From Rhynchobatus australiae (Eukaryota): 64,000 bases of DNA. This document shows, piece by piece, positions 35,060 through 47,475 of the stretch (within the stretch, counting starts at the first letter, position 1; the number at the start of each line of letters is the position of its first letter). The DNA is taken from assembly GCA_034780895.1 (NCBI GenBank), contig JAUZTB010000083.1:9275556-9339555 (forward strand). The letters are read 5' to 3'. Made by a program: the position numbers and the translations under genes. Below the pieces are notes generated by a model, which searched no databases, was not told where the DNA came from, and saw nothing but the letters and a program-made list of their open reading frames with translations.

Positions 35060-36360
35060 GACACCCGCCCCATCCCCCACCCCGGGGCTTCCAGCCTGTC
35101 CCATCCCCCCCCTTCCCCCGCACCTCCTCCCCCCACGCACCCATCCCCCTCCTCCTCTCCCACACACCCATCCCCTCTCCTACCTTGCGCACCCCATCCC
35201 CCCCTCCTCCTCATCCTCNNNNNNNNNNNNNNNNNNNNNNNNNNNNNNNNNNNNNNNNNNNNNNNNNNNNNNNNNNNNNNNNNNNNNNNNNNNNNNNNNN
35301 NNNNNNNNNNNNNNNNNNNNNNNNNNNNNNNNNNNNNNNNNNNNNNNNNNNNNNNNNNNNNNNNNNNNNNNNNNNNNNNNNNNNNNNNNNNNNNNNNNNN
35401 NNNNNNNNNNNNNNNNNNNNNNNNNNNNNNNNNNNNNNNNNNNNNNNNNNNNNNNNNNNNNNNNNNNNNNNNNNNNNNNNNNNNNNNNNNNNNNNNNNNN
35501 NNNNNNNNNNNNNNNNNNNNNNNNNNNNNNNNNNNNNNNNNNNNNNNNNNNNNNNNNNNNNNNNNNNNNNNNNNNNNNNNNNNNNNNNNNNNNNNNNNNN
35601 NNNNNNNNNNNNNNNNNNNNNNNNNNNNNNNNNNNNNNNNNNNNNNNNNNNNNNNNNNNNNNNNNNNNNNNNNNNNNNNNNNNNNNNNNNNNNNNNNNNN
35701 NNNNNNNNNNNNNNNNNNNNNNNNNNNNNNNNNNNNNNNNNNNNNNNNNNNNNNNNNNNNNNNNNNCCTGCTCCTCCCCCACACCCTCCTCCTGCACCCC
35801 CTTCCCCCACACACCCATCCCATCCTCCTCCCACACCCCACATCCCCCCATACACACCCTACCTCTCCTCCCCTACACCCAGCCCTCATCATCCTTCTCC
35901 CACATCCCATCTCCTCACATATCCCACCACTCCCCTTCCCCCACCACTGGGACCTCCCATGTTATCTCCAACCCATCCACCACCACCCCTGCCCCGCACC
36001 CCATACCCAATACGCCACTTTCACCCACCGCACACCTCCACCCCTCCCCCACGCCCCATCCCTCCACCCCTGATCTCTGCCCCAATCCCAGTTCTACCAC
36101 TGCAAAAGCTCCTATTCATTGCCTTTAATTTCCCCTCTGCCCCAGGGTCTCGCTCTCCTTTGATCATCATACTCTCCTCCCCTTGCATCGTAATCCTTTC
36201 CCATCCTTCTGCCTTGCTCCATTGCAGCCCCAACCAGATCCTTTCTTTCTCCTTCCTTCCACCCCACATCTGTTTAACCCTCCTGTAGCTCTCCACTCCT
36301 GCTGCTTCACCCCTCTCCTAGTGGTGCCCCCACCCCCCCACCCCCCACCTAACTGCTTGT
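35060..36360. repeat. C-rich low-complexity tract at the start of FXR2 intron 1
   Basis: Extreme C/pyrimidine skew on the + strand, with an N gap at 35219-35766. Confidence 0.85.
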
Positions 36361-36799
36361 TTTACCTTTCCTGACCCAGTATTTTTTTGGGAGGTGTGGT
36401 AGACATCCTTGTCTTGGCTGGCTCCTTCGTAACTGAGTGATATTGATAACATTTAGTGTCATTCTCTCCGTTGCCAACCCATGCAGATGATCTGCATGTC
36501 TGCATTGGTGTTGTGTGTGTTTAAATCTTCAAAATATTTTTTCACGGGATGTCTGTGACTGCTGTAAACAAATTTTTTTTGGTTGGCTTTCCATCTTTAG
36601 CTCGACCCATCCCTCTTTCTCTTTGCATATTAACTTCCTTAATTTCAAGATCATCTTTTTACAGTAACGCTTAAGCGTGGAAGTATTGAAAGTTGAGTAC
36701 CCATTTGCGTAAGGCATTATAAAAAGTTAGTTCTGAAGTGCAGGTGAGGAAAGAGGAAATCCAGTCCAAGTTGGGGGGAGGAGAGTTCAGTAGGTGTTA

Positions 36800-37570
36800 G
36801 CCATGTCTCAGTAGGTAACACTCTGAGTCAGAAGGACTTGGGTTGGAGGTCCACTTCAGCATAGTACACGTCCCCCAGCACCTGGGTGAACTTGTAGGGT
36901 TTTGGTGATGGTTTAAGGAAGGTGAAGAGATTTGGGAAGAGAATTCTTGAGTTTTGGGCTGAAGCAGTTGAAGCCATGCTGCCTGTAGAAGAACAGTGCA
37001 AAATCCACTGCAGTATTGAGGGAGCTTTGCAACATTGGAGGTGTGGCCTTTCAGATGAGCTCTGAGTTCGAAGCTTTGCCTGCCCCTTTCCAGGGTAAAC
37101 ATTCTGAACAATAACAGGAATTCTCTTTGCCAACCAGGGTAATATTAAGAGGAATAGATAGAGTGGACAGCCGGCGCCTCTTTCCCAGGGCACTAAGGGC
37201 TCAATACAAGAGGNNNNNNNNNNNNNNNNNNNNNNNNNNNNNNNNNNNNNNNNNNNNNNNNNNNNNNNNNNNNNNNNNNNNNNNNNNNNNNNNNNNNNNN
37301 NNNNNNNNNNNNNGAGGAATTTAAGATAGAGGGATATGTGGGAGGAAGGGGTTAGATAGTCTTAGGTGTGGTTCGAAGGTCCTCACAACATGGTGGGCCG
37401 AAGGGCCTGTATTGTGCTGTATGGTTCTATGGTTCAACATCCATCCTAGGTTAATGGGACCTTACAGGACGCAAATTGGCTGCTGCAATGACTACTGTAA
37501 AAAGAGTGGCTGGAAGAAATGCTTTGGAAGATCCAAAAGAAGCCTATTTATATGGTACATTTTTTAAACC
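36800..37570 (+). mobile_element. Deu-domain SINE interrupted by L2-like and CR1 fragments
   Basis: Head (tctgagtcagaagg...), core (tgcagtattgagggagc...ggaggtgtggcctttcagatgag) and tail (gcaaattggctgctgc...aatgctttggaaga), separated by inserts at about 36895-37005 and 37145-37435. Confidence 0.55.
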
Positions 37571-40500
37571 AATGACCTAAGGCAGTAGAGACTGAAGCAT
37601 AACATTACAAATCTATTACTAGGTGAACCACGGTGAATATATTACATTGTAGGCCAATGCAGTTTGGCCAAGTGAAGGTAGGTCAGGATTCATTCCTAAT
37701 GGTGAGAAGCTAGAAATGGAGCTCCTAGTGACGGGGATTTGTGTACGTCATTGAAATGTCACGAACAGGCACAGAAAATAAATCAAAAAGACTAATGGAA
37801 TATTGGCCTTCCCATGTTGTGTACAAGGGGGCTTGAATTTGCACAACTACTTTGCAGTCTCTGGTTAGACCACGTGTGGAATACTGTGCTCCATTCTGGG
37901 CACCAGTCCTCGGAATGATATTTTTAGCCTCGGAGGGAGTGTAGTATAATTTCCCAGATTGATATGTTCATTCCTGGGTTAAATTGTGCATGACCCAGAC
38001 TGTCTCTCTGCTGGGCTTGCCTCTAGATTCTAAGTTCCTCTACTTTAAAATTCTTAAATCACNNNNNNNNNNCACCCCTTCACTCCCTATTTTCAGCCCC
38101 TCTTTCTAAAGAAAAACAAGCCATTTCTGCATCTGTCCCAATATCTTTGTGTGACCCTGAGAAATGAGTTTGCCAGTACGGCTGAGAAGTGCTTGGGGAT
38201 GCTTTGCCATGCTTCGGGTGCTTTATAAATGCAGGTGCTGAGAAGGTTAGAGGATGATCAATTTTCAAACCATTTGCTGTTGATGGGTTTTCCCTTTACG
38301 GGTCACTGATCAGCAGTGAACTTGTTGAATGGCGGATCAGGTTCAAGGTGCTAATTGGCCTTCCATTCCTGTCTGTTGCAGTTGTCTCAAACCTTGTTTG
38401 GGGATACTTACAAATTATCTCCTTTTTAATACGAGCTTTTAGTGAGAATAATGATTTCATTGAGTAGTGACACAATCATTCATCCATGCACTTTCAAAGA
38501 AGTCGTAGGATGCTTTGCACCATAGCTTGAAACTATAGTGCAAGTTATCTAATGCCAGAGCAAAGTAGTAGGGTTTTGGTGACCCCTTAAGGAAGGTGAC
38601 TGGATTTGGGAAGGGAATTCTTGAGCTTCAGGCTTAAGCAGTTGATGCTGTGCTACCTGTGGAAGAGGTGAGAAATCACAGTTGGATCTGGAGAAATCTG
38701 AGGGCTGTGGAGATGGGGATGGTGCACACACTGGCATTGCAATGTAGATCTGTGAGCTTAGATGATGGGTGAATGGGGCGGAGGGAGCCAGGCCAAGAGT
38801 GCCTTAGTGCTTAGAGGAGTGCTGTATTGTTTTACGGCTTTCTTGGAGTAATATTTTTAATCTGTCTTAGACCTTCAGAAGTCCATTTCCTACTTGGTGC
38901 TTTGAGTTGCAGCCCTAAAGTCCATTTGGCCCAACCAGTCTATTGGCATTCGGTGTTCATGCAAGCATTTGGATAGCCCAAGTCCAGTGTTCCCAATTCT
39001 TGCAAAAGGAAAATTAATGTAACCTAAATGGGCCTGGCCCAGTTTAGATTTGGCCCAGTGAAGGGGCTAAATGTTTTGAAGGCTGGTGCATTTCTCTAAT
39101 CCAGTTTAATAATATGCTGCATTAGCAGCCCTGAAAACCATTTGTTCCGATCTTCAGTTAAAAAGTAGTGGTGTGCAATTTACAACCTGTGTGTACTTAA
39201 ACAACAATATGCCACTTGAATGATATTTGTGAGATGTTTTCATTAGATTTGAATTAGCTCCATTGGGTGGAGAAACTATTGCCCCACAGTAGCTGTGGCT
39301 TTTTACACTGGCGTTGCCTATGTTCTTTAGTACAGCATATTTAAAAAAACAGTGAGGAGCATTTGATCAAGGTCCTGATCTTTGTGGGAAATTGAGTTTT
39401 TTTTTGGTCCTGTTTAACTTCACAACAGCAAAATGCACAAAGCTGCAGCAAGCTGAGGTTGTCCCAGATCTTCAGAAGGAATCTCATTCCAAGCTCTGGT
39501 GAGGCAGCCGTCACTTCCCAGCTACTGTTGAGGCATCTGCTTCTGAGATGGAAATGAGTAACAGGACTGAAATTGTATTTCAGTGTTGGCCAGTGTGGAT
39601 AAAATGGTTGAACTGGTCTCATGGTTTGATGTCATCTGACCTTTATTAAGTTAGCGTTGATCCTGCTAGCTATCTGTTACCCTGCCTTTTCAGTGAACAA
39701 AGTTGTTTTACACAAATTTTGAAACTGCAGTGAGCTTTTGTGTTCTCTTTCAGTTAAAGATTGTATGTGTTGTTATATTCAAAAATATTAAAATCAGTGA
39801 TATCAAATGACTTGTGGCTTGCAAAGTTACAAACCTGAGGGCTAGCAGGTAGCAGAGGAGGCCTCTGGGAGATTGGCCTCCTCTGCACATAAGCATGACA
39901 GGAACACATCAAGGCCAATCAGCCCCTTGTATCTGTTTTGTCATTCAATCAGGTCGGTGGTGATCTGTGTTTTAGTTCCTTGTCCATCAGTTGTGCACAT
40001 TGGTTTGATTCAGGATGTCTGTTGTTGCTAGACCCCTGAATAGGTGAGCAGTGCAAAATGGCTGCTCCTCCTTTATCCCTAAGTTCCCACTGTAAATATT
40101 AGCCCAATGGATCTTAGTAATCCTGCTGCTTAAATTTTGAGGAAGTAGGTTATCAATCTACAGAATGTATAAGGAGTTTGTGGTGGGCACAAATCACCAA
40201 GGTATAGAAGGCTACAGACCTGGTAAAGGGGATTAGAACAGATACTTAATCAGTATGGTGGGCCAAAGGGTTGTTTCTGTGCTGTATGACTTTGAATCTG
40301 AGATATCTCAACCTTGAACTGGGTAATTTTTTTATTCTTATTTCCCAACTAAATGTATGCTGTGGTGCTAGATGTGTAATAAAGTGTGATATTATCTTCT
40401 GGCCTGATGCATTTTGCACCTTCCAGCTTAGTGTCTAAGATTTACTTAAGCTGGTTTGGTTCACTATTGTAGATGGCATTCCCTTTCCTGTTCCTAATGG

Positions 40501-42009
40501 AGATTGACTCTTTCCTCTGACGACCTTCCAAGGACTCAGCCAATTCACCTCTCTTCGAGGCTGGCTTTCAGTTGACCTGAACAGTTCCTGAACTTTGAGG
40601 CTGGCTAGGATAGGGCGCCACAAGCTGAAATCTGATTTTCACAGAAATATAGTCAGTGACCCTTTGTTCTGCCTTGTGTGACTAAAACCCCCGCTTTATT
40701 TTGATCGCACGTTTTCCACTTCTAAGAAGCTTTAAATAGTATAGGTTGTCTTAATCCTTTTGTTTCCTACAGAATTTCCCCATCTGGACCAGTAGCCTAT
40801 TGTTGCATCCAAGTTGTACTACCTTGCAGAATGGTACTCTATAGGAGGCCATTTAGTCCTTTGCCTATGCCAGCTCCTTGAAAGCTAATTAGTCCCCCTT
40901 CTTGATTCTGTGGCCATACAAATATTTCTCAATTGTCTTTGAAAGTTTCCTCCTCTTTAACATTTCATTCCAATTTGTAACTTACTGTGTGTAAATAAGC
41001 ATAGATTTTCTTCCACATTCTCATAAATCATGTATTGGTTTCTGCTCTTCGACTGTCCTTCTGTTCAGAACCCCAGCAATGTTTTCTAAAGGATGCCACC
41101 CGTCATGACCCACCATTTGGGAATGGGCCAGCTTTTAACCCCAGTTCGAAGGAAAGCTTGTACAAAAACCAGTGGACTCCTACATCAATGTTGGCCATGT
41201 CTGAAGATGTGGCAAATCCAGTAATTATTGTTGCTGTGTCAAACTTGGGTGGAGAAGGTTGGGGAAAGCAAGAAACTGAAGGAAGAAAAGAGCTGCAGCT
41301 TTAAGGACATCAGTTGAAGCAGGAGGAGTCCATTTGGACCTCCATCTTCACATTTAATCTGCATCTGATTCCATATCCCATGACTCCTTTGTCCAAAATT
41401 CTGTCCATCTCAAGCCCTAAATATCCTCAGGGCATTTCAGTCCTGAATGATTAACTCCTTATCTTGGAGCTATACCCCCTAGTGCTCAGCTGTCTAGCTT
41501 GAGGAAGCTGGCTATTACTACCTACTATTCAAGCTCAGTTTTGTATAATGTCTTTTGGGGGTGAATGCTGCGTAACTGTCTCCATCCCATGAGGATAGGC
41601 TGCTCCAAATTCAGGACCTTCACCACTCAGAAGGGCAGGGGCAGCAGGTGACTGAACACCACAACCTGCAGGTTCCTCTCAAACTGCACTTTATGCTGAC
41701 TTCAGAAATGTATTGTCCCTGCATCATTGCTGTGTAGTAATGTGGAAGTTCTGTACCTGATTCCTCTGTGGACCATTGCCAGAAAATCTGCAGGGGTTCA
41801 ACGAGGTGGCTAAGCACCACTTTTGAGGACAGTTGAGCATAGAAATGAAAGCCACATCTTGAAAGACTTGGAAGTGGCCTAGTTTTTCTAATCTGCTCAG
41901 TGTTACACAGGTCTCTCAAACTGAATGGGAGCAAGACCTTGAATGATGAGAGAGATTGCAAGTTTAGTCAAAGAAAAATGAAGCTTGTGTAAAGTTTAAG
42001 CAGCTGAAA

Positions 42010-44260
42010 TCAGACAAGGTCCTTGGGGGGGGAAAATGAAGGAAACTGGCAATAACAAACAAGAAATTAGGAGGGCTGAAGAGGCCATGAAATGTCCTTG
42101 CTGAGTAGGATTAAAGGCATTTTTATGTAGATTAAAAACAAAAGGGTAACCAGGGAGAGGGTAGGACAACTTGTCCATTGATGACAAAGGGATGTTATTC
42201 TGACTGGAGGTCTGTGATCAGTGATGTTCTGCAGGGATTGATGCTGGGTCCTCTGTTTGTGATATAAATGATTTGGGCAAAAGTGTAGGTGGCTGATTAG
42301 TAAGTTTGCAAATGACAAGAAAATCGGTGGAATTGTGGATAGTGAGGAAGTTTGTCAAAGGGTTCAGCAGGATATAGACCAGATGGAAATGTAGGCAGAT
42401 ATAGAACACTACTGCACAGTACAGGCCCTTCGGCCCACAATGTTGTGCCAACATTTTATCCTGCTCTAAGATCTATCTAACCCTTCCCTCNNNNNNNNNN
42501 NNNNNNNNNNNNNNNNNNNNNNNNNNNNNNNNNNNNNNNNNNNNNNNNNNNNNNNNNNNNNNNNNNNNNNNNNNNNNNNNNNNNNNNNNNNNNNNNNNNN
42601 NNNNNNNNNNNNNNNNNNNNNNNNNNNNNNNNNNNNNNNNNNNNNNNNNNNNNNNNNNNNNNNNNNNNNNNNNNNNNNNNNNNNNNNNNNNNNNNNNNNN
42701 NNNNNNNNNNNNNNNNNNNNNNNNNNNNNNNNNNNNNNNNNNNNNNNNNNNNNNNNNNNNNNNNNNNNNNNNNNNNNNNNNNNNNNNNNNNNNNNNNNNN
42801 NNNNNNNNNNNNNNNNNNNNNNNNNNNNNNNNNNNNNNNNNNNNNNNNNNNNNNNNNNNNNNNNNNNNNNNNNNNNNNNNNNNNNNNNNNNNNNNNNNNN
42901 NNNNNNNNNNNNNNNNNNNNNNNNNNNNNNNNNNNNNNNNNNNNNNNNNNNNNNNNNNNNNNNNNNNNNNNNNNNNNNNNNNNNNNNNNNNNNNNNNNNN
43001 NNNNNNNNNNNNNNNNNNNNNNNNNNNNNNNNNNNNNNNNNNNNNNNNNNNNNNNNNNNNNNNNNNNNNNNNNNNNNNNNNNNNNNNNNNNNNNNNNNNN
43101 NNNNNNNNNNNNNNNNNNNNNNNNNNNNNNNNNNNNNNNNNNNNNNNNNNNNNNNNNNNNNNNNNNNNNNNNNNNNNNNNNNNNNNNNNNNNNNNNNNNN
43201 NNNNNNNNNNNNNNNNNNNNNNNNNNNNNNNNNNNNNNNNNNNNNNNNNNNNNNNNNNNNNNNNNNNNNNNNNNNNNNNNNNNNNNNNNNNNNNNNNNNN
43301 NNNNNNNNNNNNNNNNNNNNNNNNNNNNNNNNNNNNNNNNNNNNNNNNNNNNNNNNNNNNNNNNNNNNNNNNNNNNNNNNNNNNNNNNNNNNNNNNNNNN
43401 NNNNNNNNNNNNNNNNNNCTATCCTCATAAGACATGCTCTCCAATCCAGGCAGCATCCTGGTAAATCTCCTCTGCACCCCCCTAAAACTTCCACATCCTA
43501 TCTATAATGAGGCGACCAGAACTGAACGCAAGTGGCTGATGGATTTCAATCCAGACAAGTGTAAGGTATTGCACTTCGGGAGGTCAAATGTAAGAAGAAA
43601 TTGCACAGTAAATGGCAGGAACTTTAAGGACATTGATGTACAGAGGGATCTTGGTGTGCAAGTCCATTGCTCTCTGAAAGAGGCAACACAGATGGCTAGA
43701 AGGCATATGGTGGCTTGCTTTCATCCTTTTCATTGGTTATAAAAGTCAGGAAGTCACGTTGCTTCTATAAATCTTTGGTTGGGCCACACTTGGAGTATTG
43801 TGTGTAGTTCTGGTCACTATACTGTTGGAAGGAAAAGGAGGCTCTGGAGAACATGGAGAAGTGGTTCACTAGATTGTTTCCCAAGTTGGAGCCTATTATC
43901 TACAGGGAGAGGTTGGACAAACCATAGAACACTACAGCGCAGAAAACAGGCCAATTCAGCCCTTCTAATTTGTGCCGAAACATTATTCCGCTAGTCCCAC
44001 TTACCTGCATCCAGTCCATAACCCTCCAAACTTCTCCCGTCCATGTATCTATTCANNNNNNNNNNNNNNNNNNNNNNNNNNNNNNNNNNNNNNNNNNNNN
44101 NNNNNNNNNNNNNNNNNNNNNNNNNNNNNNNNNNNNNNNNNNNNNNNNNNNNNNNTCTGCCATTTTCTGGCCCATTCTTCCATTTGGTTCAGATCCCTCT
44201 GCAAGCTTTGAAAGCCTTCCTCGCTGTCCACTGTACCTCCAACCTGGATTGTTTTGTTTC
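42010..44260. mobile_element. Nested CR1 cluster: + strand CR1 RT fragment with two antisense CR1 insertions
   Basis: The + strand CR1 (...ISKFANDKK..., then KWLMDFNPDKCKVLHFGRSN...QRDLGVQVH) is split at about 42400-43528 and 43922-44240 by minus-strand CR1 3' ends starting catagaacactac/atagaacactac. Confidence 0.8.
42491..43418. other. Assembly gap (largest of many N runs in the window)
   Basis: N run. Many other gaps are about 100 N, suggesting unsized scaffold joins, and most fall inside repeats. Confidence 0.98.
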
Positions 44261-47149
44261 TGTAACAATTGAGGTGCTTGTAGCACCACACAGTCTACTC
44301 AATTCTAATTGTTGTCTTCAGTTCTTAATTTGTTGGTGATTTCCTCTTTAATGATTATCCTGAAAACACTAACACCTGTAATGCAGTGCAGTGCATTGGG
44401 TATTCTGGTGGCTTTTTGGTCAGTTTGATGTAGCACATACTGAGAAGAATGGGGATCCTAGAGATTTTCCAACAAGCAGTGTTTTATTCATGTCCCCAGG
44501 TATGTTATATTAATGAGGTTGGCTGTCCAGGAGAGAGCTGGCTTGTACTTACAGGTTGATGGAACTGCATTAAGTTGTCATAATCTCTGAAGTACCCTGG
44601 GTTGATGCTGATATGTTCATTACTAACATTGGCTTTCTAAATGGGAAAATATGCTTGCATTTCCTGCTTGAGGGTTTGCCAAAGCTGTCCATATGTGTTT
44701 GGGATGGGAAAGGGGTAGTGGTTACTGTACAAAGTTGTTCCTAGTCCAGTTTCTGGCACGTGGTAAATCAAATGTCTTGCCTACCATGACATGCAGTAAG
44801 GAAGCTCGGACAATTTTCTAGCAGAACTCTTGGCAAGGCACTTTAAAATGCACAAAGGTACTTGTTGACCTACAGACAGATTGAATTATCTGTGTTAACG
44901 TATTTAAATATTCAGATCTGCCATTCCTGAACAATCATGGAGGTCAGAAAGATCCAGTCTGAACCTTGGGCTGGGTGAGTTTGCTTGATATTATTTCACA
45001 GCCAGTTTTGTCTAGGAACTCTGGTAGTGTGGTAGTTATGTTGCCTATAATCTAGACACCCAGACAAATGATCTAGCAACAGGAATTCAAAACTGGGGTC
45101 TTCTAATTTGAATAGTAAATCTGGAATTGAAAACAAGCAAATGGTAATGGTGACCATGAAAATATTGGGTTGTTAGAAAGATCTTTCTGCTTCATTAATA
45201 AGAATGTGAAGGAGGGGTTGGAGAGTGCCAGATAATTTGTGCTTTCCCCAGTATTCAATCTAATTTGGGGTTTGCCCTTTTTTTTCCCCTTACAAATCCC
45301 TGTAATTCTTGGTTGCCTCAGATTGCATTCTGAGCAACAGTGTCATGACCTGGTTTAGGCCATGCGTGACTTCAGACCGACATCAAAGGTAGTTCCCAAT
45401 TGCTTAGGTGACTGGGCAAACCACAGAGTAATTACGAAGAAGATACCAAGTGCTAACTTAAGGATGGCTGCATCTATGAATGAATTAAAATCCACTGGTA
45501 GTGTTTGAACCTTTGGGGAGGGGAGAGCCTCAGTTAAGTTGCTATCTATGGACTGGGAAGAAAACTGCACTTTTCCATTTATTAACAATGTGTTAAATGA
45601 ATAGTTTGTCCAGTAAATAAATGTTCCAATAAATGCTTAGAAAATGTTTGAACTGGTGTGCTGTGGTGGATGAAGTTTTGTTTGTGGACTGGGGCTGCAT
45701 TCACATTGCAATATTGGGAGGCAGAAGCTGGTATTAGATAGAAAGCAACCAGCTTCTAATGAATAAAAGGTTAAACTCGCCATTGTCTTGAGAATTGGTG
45801 TTTGACCTTTCAGTGAGATAAGTGCAAAAACATTTACAACGCGCGTAAATCCCAATTGTAAATCTTAACACGTTGTACACAAAATGACATTCAACCGTTT
45901 AAGTTCCTCCCCCATTTTCCATCTGCCATAAAGTCCTGTCTGTAACCATGGGGATGTGCTAGTCGGCTCTTTCACAGACACTGTAGAACAAGGTATACAG
46001 AGTGATCAGTCAACCTGAGACAGTCATGTACTGAGCCAGTCTAACAAAGCCACAAACTAAAGCTGGCTATGTTGTTTTAAGCACCAAGATAATATCCCAA
46101 ATATTTTGTAGGTTTTGCCAGGTCAACACAGCAGTAATTTTTTCTTTTGTGTATGATCATCTGGAATAGGACTGTACTGCTTTTTGAGGTGGTTTTGCTG
46201 GTTTATCCACATTGTACACCACTCGTTATTAGAGAGAATTATTTTGGAACAGTGGCTCTGGTTATCCCCGTCATAGTGTGGATTTTCAGCTTGCATGTAC
46301 TCCTTTCAGTGGAGCTGCTACTGTGTATTGCCACCTGNNNNNNNNNNCCTGTTAAATATTAATTCCCTTTTGTTTCTCTCTCTCCCTCTACACCTCTCTA
46401 TTATATTTTGTTATTGTCAAAGCCAGTATAATTTTACCATCTCTTCAATGGTTTAAGTCTAATGGGCTGGATGGGGACTTGGTGTTCACTGCCCAACTAA
46501 TCCTTATCACCTTTCACTTGACAAATAGGTTATAAGCACTTTTCATTACCATGGGTATCTTGCAATTGCTTACAACTATGTCAAAAATTTGGCAACTACA
46601 AGCTCCCATAAAGTAGCAGTGAGATGAATGACTACAATCTGCAATACTGCCACCGATATCCACGTCATTGTTACATTCAGGTTTGGCTATTGCCCTGCTG
46701 AGGTGGTCAGTCCCCCACCTTCCAGAACAAGAGTCTAGAATTATTGATAGTGGACAAATCCCCAGAATCAGGGAAACCAAGTCACAGGCTCTAAAGAAGT
46801 AACAGATAGTATTTCTAATCCTCTTTGGCTGCTGGTTACAACTAGAAGGTTAATCTGGTACCATTGTCTAAAAAGAGAAAAGGGGTCAACCAAGTAATTC
46901 CAGACCTGTTAATGTTGGTCAGTGAACAAGTTTTTGAACAAAATTTGAGGGACAATGTAACTTGGCTTTAGAGAGCTACTGGTAGAGCCCCAGCAAACGA
47001 ACTTGTCCATGCCTGCATGAAACAAAACCTTGACAACGTTCAGCCATGGGTTTGATAAATGGCAGTAACATTTTGCAGCAAAAATGCCAGGTGATAAATA
47101 ACTCCAAGAATTGGGCTAATCTCCTAGCCTTGAGATTCAATGTCATTAA

Positions 47150-47475
47150 TAGCTTCGGCATTTTGGGGTCACCATTTGACTAGAAACTCAACTCAGCAAG
47201 CCAAGCAAATACTAGGCTGCAAGAGCAGGTGTGAACTGGCTATCCTTTGCACTTGCCTGGTTGACTGTAACTCTTAGCAACCTCAAGAAATTCAACACCA
47301 TCCAAGACCTGGCAATATTCTTGATTAGTACTCCAAACATTAATTCCCTTGACAATGTCACATAGTAACTGCAGTGTGCCATCTAGGCTACTCTGACACA
47401 CCTCCAAACAAACTCTTGATACCAAGAAGATGAGGAGCATCAAGCACAGCACTATCACCATCTGCATCCTTCCAG
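47150..47475 (+). mobile_element. Old CR1/L2-related LINE remnant
   Basis: ttggggtcaccatttgactagaaactcaact (LGVTI-D-KLN-like) and tgtgccatct...gacacacctccaaac motifs. Related pieces at about 19580-19960, 28600-28780, 48700-48985 (-) and 58345-58770 (-). Confidence 0.5.

Noticed and set aside
34744-36288. Long Pro-rich and Gly-rich ORFs (388-450 aa) over the FXR2 5' region
   Set aside because: These come from C-rich low-complexity DNA and N runs. The real coding segment ends at the GT donor at 34884.
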